This document shows, in pieces, positions 1-6,444 of a stretch of 44,197 nucleotides of DNA. Made by a program: the position numbers and the translations under genes. The stretch is from a virus, in the IMG/VR virus record IMGVR_UViG_3300020215_000022; one strand, given 5' to 3'. Below the pieces are notes generated by a model. The model saw only the letters and a list, made by a program, of their open reading frames with translations. It was not told the origin of the DNA and did no database searches. How positions within the stretch are numbered: position 1 is the stretch's first letter; every line of letters starts with the position of its first letter.

Positions 1-127
1 CTCTGAGGGGTGGCCAATGACCGTTATCGAAGAAATCGCAGCCGAGCGCCGCCGTCAGATCGAGGTGGAAGGCTGGACGCCTGCCGAGGACGACGCCAAG
101 TGGGACAGCGGCCAGCTTGCCAAGGCC
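1..127. repeat. Terminal direct repeat copy 1 (identical to 44071-44197); most likely a circular-contig assembly overlap
   Basis: Compared by eye, bases 1-127 equal 44071-44197, and the window ends exactly where the identity ends. 127 is a common maximal assembler k-mer. Gene 43221-44090 reads through the junction and gene 17-361 restarts at 44087. Confidence 0.9.
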
Positions 128-361
128 GCGGCCTGCTACGCCATGGGCAGCAATCAGGTGCGCGTCCAATACCGCGGCGGCGTTTTTGGCGGCCGGGAAG
201 CGAATGATTGGACCTACCCGTGGAACCCCGCCTGGCCTTGGGACGAGCGGCGGTGGAAGCCCAAGGACCCGCGCCGCAACCTAATCCGCGCCGCCGCCCT
301 CATCGTCGCGGAGATCGAACGGCTAGACCGGGAGTCTCCTGCTCTGAGGGGTGGAGCATGA
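17..361 (+). CDS. Conserved phage early protein, function unknown
   Basis: 114 aa. ATG 17 overlaps the upstream stop (ATGA, seen in the duplicate copy at 44087-44090) and its own stop overlaps the next ATG (358-361). The motif EGWTPAEDD...LAKAAACYA recalls recurrent phage proteins; the family was not identified. Confidence 0.75.
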   Translation: MTVIEEIAAERRRQIEVEGWTPAEDDAKWDSGQLAKAAACYAMGSNQVRVQYRGGVFGGREANDWTYPWNPAWPWDERRWKPKDPRRNLIRAAALIVAEIERLDRESPALRGGA

Positions 362-642
362 GGGGAATAGCCGCAGCTTCAGCGCTTGGGATGATCATGG
401 CCGCTGGCATGGCGGGTGACCCGATTGCCGACGAGCCCCGGCCTGGCGATGGCCGGCGCCGTCGCCCACAGCCCGCGCCGGAGCCCAAGACGCCCACGAC
501 TGAGGCGGACCTAGCCCGCATCGAAGCCGCCCGCCAGCGACAGGCCCGCAAGGCCGCTCGGCAGGCCAAGGGATACATGCCGTGGCCGCAATACGCCTAC
601 GTCCGCGCCCAACCACCCCGCCAACCTGATGGAGCCGAGTGA
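358..642 (+). CDS. Pro/Arg-rich protein with an N-terminal hydrophobic signal-like segment
   Basis: ATG 358 sits in an ATGA overlap with the previous stop. The N-terminus MRGIAAASALGMIMAAGMAG is hydrophobic and the rest is P/R/A-rich. This is an internal start within track ORF 208-642. Confidence 0.6.
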   Translation: MRGIAAASALGMIMAAGMAGDPIADEPRPGDGRRRRPQPAPEPKTPTTEADLARIEAARQRQARKAARQAKGYMPWPQYAYVRAQPPRQPDGAE

Positions 643-845
643 TGGGCGCGCGCGATCACGCGAAGGATGCCGCAAAGGCGCTGTCGGACCTGAACATGTT
701 CACGGCGATTCAGGTGCTCTGCGAAAGCAGCCTGATCAGTGCCGACGCCTTTTCCGACGAAGAGCGCATCAACAAGGTTTGCCGAGCGGCCATCCAGCGG
801 TGTTTGCGCCGCTACGACCGCGCGTTGGCCAAGGTGACCCCATGA
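639..845 (+). CDS. Hypothetical protein
   Basis: 68 aa. GTG 639 or ATG 642 overlaps the previous stop (640-642). Third codon positions are mostly G/C when read by eye. Confidence 0.65.
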   Translation: MMGARDHAKDAAKALSDLNMFTAIQVLCESSLISADAFSDEERINKVCRAAIQRCLRRYDRALAKVTP

Positions 846-1348
846 CCCCACCATCAGAAGCAGTCGAACGGTTGACGCGCCTGGAAGCTGGCGAGGAGTA
901 CGCCGCTGTGTACCAGATGGCGGACGCGGCTAACATATACCGTGCCGACCTCCGCGCCGTCCTAGATGTCCTCGGGAGTGAGGGACTGGAGGCGGTGGAA
1001 CCGCTTGTTCGCCGCCTCAGGATGTACTGCGAGGAGTGGGCCGAGGACGGCTACATCAAATCCGGGGCTCTGCACGACATCTTCACAGACAAGCTGCCTT
1101 CGCTCCTCGCCGCCCTCTCGCCCGTGGAAAGGTGGAGGGGCATCAGCTCGGCTCCCGTGAATGAAGTGGTGCAGATTTGGCGGCCGTCGCAGTTCCGCGA
1201 TGACAACGTGTTCGTCGCGGAGTGGGAAGACGGCGAACTCTGGAAGGTCGGCGACGGCAAGAATTGGCATCCGTTGCGAGGACGCGACCCGACCCACTGG
1301 CGACCGCTACCGGAGGCTCCTGCATCAGGGGGAACGGTAGATGGGTGA
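842..1348 (+). CDS. DUF551-like domain protein
   Basis: ATG 842 overlaps the stop of the previous gene. The C-terminus WRGISSAPVNEVVQIW...WKVGDGKNWHPL...PTHWRPLPEAP fits the DUF551 pattern (W..I...P ... THW.PLP.P). Confidence 0.7.
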   Translation: MTPPSEAVERLTRLEAGEEYAAVYQMADAANIYRADLRAVLDVLGSEGLEAVEPLVRRLRMYCEEWAEDGYIKSGALHDIFTDKLPSLLAALSPVERWRGISSAPVNEVVQIWRPSQFRDDNVFVAEWEDGELWKVGDGKNWHPLRGRDPTHWRPLPEAPASGGTVDG

Positions 1349-1949
1349 GGAGAAGAAGATAGGTGGGCCTACGTCACGCGACCTTGCGGTCACTGGTGAC
1401 GCCCATAGCGGGCTTTCTTCGGCAGGCTTCCGTATCGGCTATGCGGACCCGCCCTATATCGGCTGCGCGCACCTCTACAGCGGGCATACCGACTTTGCAG
1501 GCGAGGTTGACCATGCGCAGCTGATCGACCGTCTCGAAAGCGAGTTTGACGGCTGGGTTCTGCACGCCTCCGCAACGCCTCACAGCATGGCGACCTTGGC
1601 GCCCTTGGTTGCGAAGACCAACGCCCGTTGGATGTCCTGGGTGAAGGGCTTCGCCGCATTCAAGAAGAACGTCAGCGTCGCTTACGCCTGGGAGCCCGTC
1701 ATCGTGAAGCCCGCGCGCAAGCCCGTCGTCAGCAAGCGCCTCGTAATGCGTGACTGGATACAGGAGTCGATCACCCTGCGGCGCGGCCTAACAGGGGCCA
1801 AGCCAGAGGCGGTTTGCCACTGGGCCTTTGAGGTGGTCGGAGCGCGGCCGGAAGACGATCTCGTTGACCTATTCCCAGGGACCGGCGCTGTAACGCGCGC
1901 CTGGGCGACGTGGCGGGGCAAGTTCACACTGCCGGGGGAGGCCGCATGA
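1341..1949 (+). CDS. DNA methyltransferase, N6-adenine/N4-cytosine type (motif IV before motif I)
   Basis: 202 aa. It has the catalytic motif GYADPPYIG and a C-terminal SAM-binding-like DLFPGTG. No adjacent restriction endonuclease is visible, so it looks like an orphan enzyme. Confidence 0.75.
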   Translation: MGEEKKIGGPTSRDLAVTGDAHSGLSSAGFRIGYADPPYIGCAHLYSGHTDFAGEVDHAQLIDRLESEFDGWVLHASATPHSMATLAPLVAKTNARWMSWVKGFAAFKKNVSVAYAWEPVIVKPARKPVVSKRLVMRDWIQESITLRRGLTGAKPEAVCHWAFEVVGARPEDDLVDLFPGTGAVTRAWATWRGKFTLPGEAA

Positions 1950-1973
1950 TGGCTTCCTCTGACCGCACCCCGC

Positions 1974-2231
1974 TTGGCTTCCGCCCCCACAGGGAGGAGA
2001 CGCGTCGTGAGTGCTTTTGACATCGCTGCCTGCATCGTTTGGCTCGCCGGGATCATACCGGCCTACTTCGTGCTGAAGTCTGTCTTGGTAGACGAGCATC
2101 GGGCGCCATTCGACTACGGCCTTTCCGCGCTGCTCGCCGTGCTGTGGCCCGTGCCGCTTGGCGCCGCCGCCATGACGCTAGCGTGCTGGGCGGTTGGCAA
2201 GTGCCTGCGGCTGCTGGAGCGCCATCCATGA
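1974..2231 (+). CDS. Small membrane protein (2 predicted TM segments)
   Basis: Hydrophobic stretches AACIVWLAGIIPAYFVL and LSALLAVLWPVPLGAAAMTLACWAV. The likelier start is GTG 2007, preceded by GGGAGGAG (1992-1999). Confidence 0.6.
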   Translation: MASAPTGRRRVVSAFDIAACIVWLAGIIPAYFVLKSVLVDEHRAPFDYGLSALLAVLWPVPLGAAAMTLACWAVGKCLRLLERHP

Positions 2232-2620
2232 CCCTCGAAACAAAAGCTCTAGTGGAAAGGCTGGAGGCGACCGCGAACTGCGCAGACGATCACGACGCCG
2301 ACCTGTTCCGAGAAGCAGCCGCCGCCCTGGTTGAAAAGGAAGGGGAGAAACAGTCGCTTGAAGCCCAGATCGAGAAGCTTGGCGACCTCCTTACCGCCCG
2401 CATCAGGGAACTAGAGGGGGCGTGGGACTGGCTCGCGAAAAATCTGAACTTCGAACTGGATTGGGATGAAGTGGCCGAGGGTGAAGCGGCCTGGCGCGTC
2501 CATCGCACCAGCGGCAACCGCAATGACCGCGAATGGACACTGATCAGCACCGGCCAAACGCCGCTTGAAGCGGTTCAGGCCGCCCGCTCCGTTCTCAACC
2601 CTCGTGAGGGGGAGAAGTAG
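2228..2620 (+). CDS. Hypothetical protein (coiled-coil N-terminal half)
   Basis: ATG 2228 overlaps the previous TGA (2229-2231). 130 aa. This is an internal start within track ORF 2039-2620. Confidence 0.65.
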   Translation: MTLETKALVERLEATANCADDHDADLFREAAAALVEKEGEKQSLEAQIEKLGDLLTARIRELEGAWDWLAKNLNFELDWDEVAEGEAAWRVHRTSGNRNDREWTLISTGQTPLEAVQAARSVLNPREGEK

Positions 2621-2624
2621 CGCC

Positions 2625-2897
2625 GTGACCTACGCTTACACGCCCGAAAAGCTCGCCAAACAATGGGAGGTTTCTGCGGCAACCGTGCGCAACCTAGTGC
2701 GCGAGGGTAGCTTGCAAGCCTTCAGGATCGGCCGGCAGATCAGGATCAAGCCGGAAGCCGTCAAAGCCTACGAGGAAAGCCAGTGTGGCGACTTAAACTC
2801 TACCGGGGAAAATGGGCCGCGGTCCGAAGCCACAACGGCAAAACCGAGCGCATCTCGCTCCGGACCCCCGATCTTTCCGAGGCCAAGAGGCGACTAG
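2625..2897 (+). CDS. xis: Excisionase-type helix-turn-helix DNA-binding protein
   Basis: From GTG 2625 the protein reads VTYAYTPEKLAKQWEVSAATVRNLVREGSLQAFRIGRQIRIKPEAV, which resembles an excisionase/MerR-like HTH_17. It lies immediately upstream of the integrase, and its 3' tail overlaps int by 115 nt. Confidence 0.6.
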   Translation: MTYAYTPEKLAKQWEVSAATVRNLVREGSLQAFRIGRQIRIKPEAVKAYEESQCGDLNSTGENGPRSEATTAKPSASRSGPPIFPRPRGD

Positions 2898-3745
2898 CAG
2901 ACTACACCAAAGAGGACCCTGGGGAAACCGTGGGAGAGCTGGTGAACGCCTATCTAGCCGACAAGGACCGGACCGCCATCCGCGCATCGGATCTTCGGGG
3001 CGCGTGGAAGCAGGCCCAAGCCACGTTCGGCCACCTGCGCCCGGACCAGATCACGCGGGAGCTGTGCCGAACCTACCGGGACCGCAGGTATGCGGCAGGC
3101 CGGAAGGCCAACACCGTCAGGAAGGAGCTGGAGGTTGTCCGCGCGGCGCTCAACTTCCACAAGCGCGGCGCCCAGGCGATCTTCGAGCTACCGAGCCCGC
3201 CGCCGCCCAAAGAGCGCTACCTGTCGAAACTGGAGGCCGTGAGGCTCTTGCGGGGCGCCAGGCGCTATCCGCACGTCCGCGCCTTCATCGCCCTGTCCCT
3301 GGCCACCGCAGCGCGCCAGAGCGCCCTTCTGGAGCTGACGTGGGATCGCGTGGACATGGAGCGCAGGATCATCACCCTGGCGCTGGGGGATTCCCAGGAC
3401 CAGCGGAGGAAGGCCAGGGCCAAGGTCCCGATGAACCGGCGAGCCTATCGCTATCTGAAGGTTTTGCAGGCTGCGTCCACATGCCCGCATGTGATCGAGT
3501 GGGGATCGCATCGCGTCCTGTCGATCAAGAAGGGATTCGCCAAGGCGGCCGAGCGCGCCGGTATCGAGGGGATCACCCCGCACACCCTGCGCCACACCGC
3601 AGCGTCATGGATGGCCGAGGCCGGAATCCCGATGTTCGAGATAGCAAAATTCATGGGCCATACGGACAGCCGGATCACCGAAAGGAAGTATGCGCACCTC
3701 TCGCCAGGCCACCTTTCCAAGGCCGCAAAAGCCCTGGATTTCTAG
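2783..3745 (+). CDS. int: Tyrosine site-specific integrase
   Basis: 320 aa. The N-terminal KLYRGKWAAV arm-type motif and the C-terminal HTLRHTAASWMAEAGIPMFEIAKFMGHTDSRITERKYAHL (H-x-x-R ... Y catalytic signature) are both present. Confidence 0.95.
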   Translation: MWRLKLYRGKWAAVRSHNGKTERISLRTPDLSEAKRRLADYTKEDPGETVGELVNAYLADKDRTAIRASDLRGAWKQAQATFGHLRPDQITRELCRTYRDRRYAAGRKANTVRKELEVVRAALNFHKRGAQAIFELPSPPPPKERYLSKLEAVRLLRGARRYPHVRAFIALSLATAARQSALLELTWDRVDMERRIITLALGDSQDQRRKARAKVPMNRRAYRYLKVLQAASTCPHVIEWGSHRVLSIKKGFAKAAERAGIEGITPHTLRHTAASWMAEAGIPMFEIAKFMGHTDSRITERKYAHLSPGHLSKAAKALDF

Positions 3746-3807
3746 CGGAACAGAACACTTGTCCTAAAGAGAAAATAGGAGCAATATCGTCAAACCGTTG
3801 TGGGATA

Positions 3808-3858
3808 TGGTGGATGCGACAGGGATTGAACCTGTGACCCCCTCGGTGTGAACGAGAC
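3808..3858 (-). other. attP core: 3' portion of a tRNA-Val(CAC) gene (anticodon arm to CCA), not an intact tRNA
   Basis: The reverse complement reads TCTCG-TTCACAC-CGAGG GGGTC ACAGG-TTCAATC-CCTGT CGCATCC-A-CCA. That gives an anticodon stem-loop (CAC), a 5-nt variable loop, a canonical T arm, the 3' acceptor strand and CCA. No matching 5' acceptor strand (GGATGCG) or D arm lies beyond it. The site is 62 nt from the int stop. Confidence 0.8.
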
Positions 3859-4381
3859 AGGCCACACGGTAAGCGACAGTTTTTGGCGTCAGGAACGGCA
3901 GATTTTCGGAGAACAAGCGTTGAACGCGACAGCAACATCAGAGGCCGTTGGTTCAGTTGCCACCAAAGAGCAACTAGGGAAACGGTCTCGTTCGTCCCGT
4001 GACGATCCGCGCTGCCACTTCGGCTTTTACCCGCCCACAAGCCCGGTGAGCATCCGGGCCGTGACAACGCTCTACTTCGTGGTGTCTGGCGAGTTCGTCA
4101 AAATCGGGATCACGCGAAACCTAGAGAACCGGATGCGGTCGCTCCGCATGGGCATGCCGCACCCAATGCATCTGGCCTATAGACGAACCGTGCCGGCGGG
4201 GCTGGCGCTGCAAATCGAGCGCCGGATGCATGAAATGTTCGCTGACAGGCGCGTGACGGGCGAATGGTTCCGCGACCTTGATCCTAAGGAAGCCGCCCGT
4301 CAGTCCGCCACCGTGATCCGCCAAGCCAACGCCGCATATGCCAAGTGGTGGCGCGAAGGATGCGAAACACTTGACCCTTAA
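3848..4381 (+). CDS. T5orf172 / GIY-YIG-like (MUG113) domain protein
   Basis: LYFVVSGEFVKIGITRNLENRMRSL...LEIERRMHEMFADRRVTGEWF fits the T5orf172 pattern. The start is uncertain: the maximal ORF (GTG 3848) overlaps attP, and GTG 4046 or 4061 would give a compact domain-only protein. Confidence 0.65.
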   Translation: MNETGHTVSDSFWRQERQIFGEQALNATATSEAVGSVATKEQLGKRSRSSRDDPRCHFGFYPPTSPVSIRAVTTLYFVVSGEFVKIGITRNLENRMRSLRMGMPHPMHLAYRRTVPAGLALQIERRMHEMFADRRVTGEWFRDLDPKEAARQSATVIRQANAAYAKWWREGCETLDP

Positions 4382-4444
4382 CGCCACGCACCCGGCAGAC
4401 GAACCACGAAGAGCCCCTTTGAACTGGGGAAGAAATGGGGGACG

Positions 4445-4714
4445 GTGTTCGGGATGTGTTCCGACGACGGCGTTCCGCTCCGGCATTACCGCGACAAGCA
4501 CCCCGGCTCGGGGATCTTGGTCTACTGCCGATGCGGCTCCTACAAGCGTGTTGAGCTGGATATCGCCATCAAGGCTCTTGGGGAGGGCTTCGATGTTACG
4601 AAGGTATGGAGGAAGGCTCGTGAACGGTGTGTGGCCTGCGGGTTGGTCCAATGGTTGGAGAGCCGGCCTGATCTCCCGAAGCCTAAGAGATGGACGGATG
4701 AGTCGGGGGACTGA
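4445..4714 (+). CDS. Hypothetical Cys-rich (zinc-ribbon-like) protein
   Basis: 89 aa with two Cys pairs, YCRCGS ... CVACG. Start is GTG 4445 or ATG 4454. Confidence 0.6.
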   Translation: MFGMCSDDGVPLRHYRDKHPGSGILVYCRCGSYKRVELDIAIKALGEGFDVTKVWRKARERCVACGLVQWLESRPDLPKPKRWTDESGD

Positions 4715-4744
4715 GCCGGGGTTTACGATGAGGGAAAATGTTAG

Positions 4745-4951
4745 GTGGGAGCAGGGCGAGGGAGCGAAGTGACAGACGCTGAATTTGAAGAACGGCTAGG
4801 CCGCTACAAGGCGCATATGACGCGGTTTCGCGATGCCCACGCGAGCATGAAAGACCCGGCGCGCTCAATCCTTGTTGGCCTCGAAATGCAAGAACGCTGG
4901 CCTCAGTATATGGGGCCTGTCGCTGACCTTCTGCCACCGGAGCAGCCATGA
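4745..4951 (+). CDS. Hypothetical protein
   Basis: The ORF stop overlaps the next ATG (4948). The more probable start is GTG 4769, after GAGGGAG. Confidence 0.55.
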   Translation: MGAGRGSEVTDAEFEERLGRYKAHMTRFRDAHASMKDPARSILVGLEMQERWPQYMGPVADLLPPEQP

Positions 4952-5205
4952 CCTCTGAAGGGTTAGGAATAAGGGACAGGTTGATCCGAGCCGTTCACGA
5001 GCTTGGCGATAATCCGCGCAAAGCGTGCGAGCAGATCGTAGACGCCATCCTTGGAGAGCTTGAAAAGCCGGATGAGGGGATGATCGAGGCGGGAGACGAC
5101 GAATGGCGTATTGTGGGCGGCTCAGCGTTGCGCTCGATCCGAAAGACCGAAGTCATACCGCCAGTCTTCACCGCCATGATCCGACACATCCGTAAGGAGG
5201 AGTGA
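4948..5205 (+). CDS. Hypothetical protein
   Basis: 85 aa, with an ATGA overlap to the upstream gene. Confidence 0.65.
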   Translation: MTSEGLGIRDRLIRAVHELGDNPRKACEQIVDAILGELEKPDEGMIEAGDDEWRIVGGSALRSIRKTEVIPPVFTAMIRHIRKEE

Positions 5206-5352
5206 ATGGGCGCGGTGAAGGCTGAAAACCTGACGCTTGATGAAATAGAGCGTCTCGCGGACTTGGGCGCGTTCGGCGCCAAGGAATACCTTGAGCGTCT
5301 GGCGAAGTTTCGGCCGCACGTTCGTGAATATGCTGAGCGCCTTCCAAAATGA
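5206..5352 (+). CDS. Small hypothetical protein (48 aa)
   Basis: ATG 5206 directly abuts the previous TGA (5203-5205). It translates to MGAVKAENLTLDEIERLADLGAFGAKEYLERLAKFRPHVREYAERLPK. It falls below the 60-aa cutoff of the track. Confidence 0.45.
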   Translation: MGAVKAENLTLDEIERLADLGAFGAKEYLERLAKFRPHVREYAERLPK

Positions 5353-5386
5353 TCCTCCTCCTCTCCCTAGCTGTTGGGAAACGAAG

Positions 5387-5473
5387 GTGAGGAGGCTTCC
5401 GTATGGCTCTCCGTGGTTCTGGATCGCTGTCCTGGGGGTCGGTTTGATCGTCGGGCTGACGATGTGGTTATGA
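5387..5473 (+). CDS. Possible single-TM micro-protein (28 aa)
   Basis: From GTG 5387: VRRLPYGSPWFWIAVLGVGLIVGLTMWL. This is the C-terminal part of track ORF 5291-5473. The support is weak. Confidence 0.3.
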   Translation: MRRLPYGSPWFWIAVLGVGLIVGLTMWL

Positions 5474-5900
5474 GCTGCGGGCCGACGGTTTCACCCGCCG
5501 ACAGGCACAACGCTAGCGTTTATCGTCTAGCCGCACCACGGAAGCCGACGCTTCGGCCCTTTGCCCGTGGCCGCGTGTCAACCCACGCCGCCGCAGCCCA
5601 AACACCATAGCACAACACCTCGCGGGGGCAAGAAAATCGTTGCGATTCCAGGGCGTTCTGTTACGTTGTCGGAGTTGCGGCGGCGTCAGCTCACAGCCGC
5701 TGGGATGCGACAGAGACTTACAGCGGCGGTAATACCGGCTGGGGTCCTCACGCCAAGCCTGAAGGCATCCAAACCAGCGACGGCTGGTGAGGAGATCGGA
5801 TAAAGGCCCAGCCCGCAACAGCACATTCCCGAAGAGCCCAACCCCCGCTAACGACTCACCTTTTCGGGAACCGAACCGACCGTTCGATCCTGAATCCCCC

Positions 5901-6116
5901 ATGAAGCCCGACCGCTTCCTGAACGACGACAAGCCCCTGAAGGTGACCTTCAAAGGCAAGGTCCGCTGGGCCTCCTGGCAGGAAGACGGCCGGGACGTGC
6001 ACGTCCATTCCGCCTACGGATCACGCAGGAGGCGCTACTACGGAACGACAACCGAGGGAGCCAAGAAGGTCGCCGAGTACATGTTCCTGGACATCCTCAC
6101 CGAGGCGAACCAATGA
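5901..6116 (+). CDS. Hypothetical protein
   Basis: ATG 5901 lies within track ORF 5787-6116. The 71-aa product is MKPDRFLNDDKPLKVTFKGKVRW... Its stop overlaps the next ATG (6113). Confidence 0.55.
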   Translation: MKPDRFLNDDKPLKVTFKGKVRWASWQEDGRDVHVHSAYGSRRRRYYGTTTEGAKKVAEYMFLDILTEANQ

Positions 6117-6286
6117 CCTGGAAGGCCGCCCTGGAGACCTACCAAGACGCTGAGCCTGACGGGCCTTGGCTGATGCTAAAGCATCCTGACGGGTCGATCC
6201 GGGGGTTCCACAGCTCAGACCTCCCGGCGAAGGATGAGCTGGAGAAACTCCTTGCCGAGGGCTGGAGGGTGAGCGATCTAACCTAG
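6113..6286 (+). CDS. Small hypothetical protein (57 aa)
   Basis: ATGA overlap at 6113-6116. It translates to MTWKAALETYQDAEPDGPWLMLKHPDGSIRGFHSSDLPAKDELEKLLAEGWRVSDLT. Confidence 0.5.
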   Translation: MTWKAALETYQDAEPDGPWLMLKHPDGSIRGFHSSDLPAKDELEKLLAEGWRVSDLT

Positions 6287-6308
6287 GCCGCAGCCGAGGA
6301 GCCCGCTC

Positions 6309-6443
6309 GTGCAACTCCTGGAAATCTTCCCCAAGTTCTACGCGTCGGACATCGCCCTTCTGGCCAAGGTCTTGGGCGTGATCCTTGCTCCGCTGGTGGT
6401 GATCGGCTTGATCGTCTTCCTCGCAAGGAAGAGGGAGGGGTAG
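6309..6443 (+). CDS. Small single-TM protein (44 aa)
   Basis: GTG 6309 lies 8 nt after GAGGA. The product is VQLLEIFPKFYASDIALLAKVLGVILAPLVVIGLIVFLARKREG. It converges on the late block with a 1-nt gap. Confidence 0.45.
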   Translation: MQLLEIFPKFYASDIALLAKVLGVILAPLVVIGLIVFLARKREG

Positions 6444-6444
6444 G

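Noticed and set aside
1-127. Biological direct terminal repeat (T7-like DTR)
   Set aside because: The exact 127-nt length, the window ending precisely at the repeat end and a PBSX-type (usually headful) terminase all favour an assembler overlap. Without reads this cannot be fully excluded.
337-354. Ubiquitin-like C-terminal LRGG tails (PALRGG-X) on two adjacent proteins
   Set aside because: The resemblance rests on four residues encoded by a shared 18-nt DNA repeat. Neither protein shows an obvious beta-grasp-sized domain. No E1/E2/protease genes are present. This is treated as coincidence.
2812-3837. 341-aa alternative-frame ORF over the integrase gene
   Set aside because: It is an Arg/Pro/Gly-rich translation in a different frame of a gene whose own frame carries the full tyrosine-recombinase signature.
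3808-3885. Possible intact tRNA gene downstream of int
   Set aside because: Only the anticodon arm, variable loop, T arm and 3' acceptor-CCA are present. The sequence where the D arm and 5' acceptor strand (GGATGCG) should be does not fit. It is interpreted as an attP core instead.
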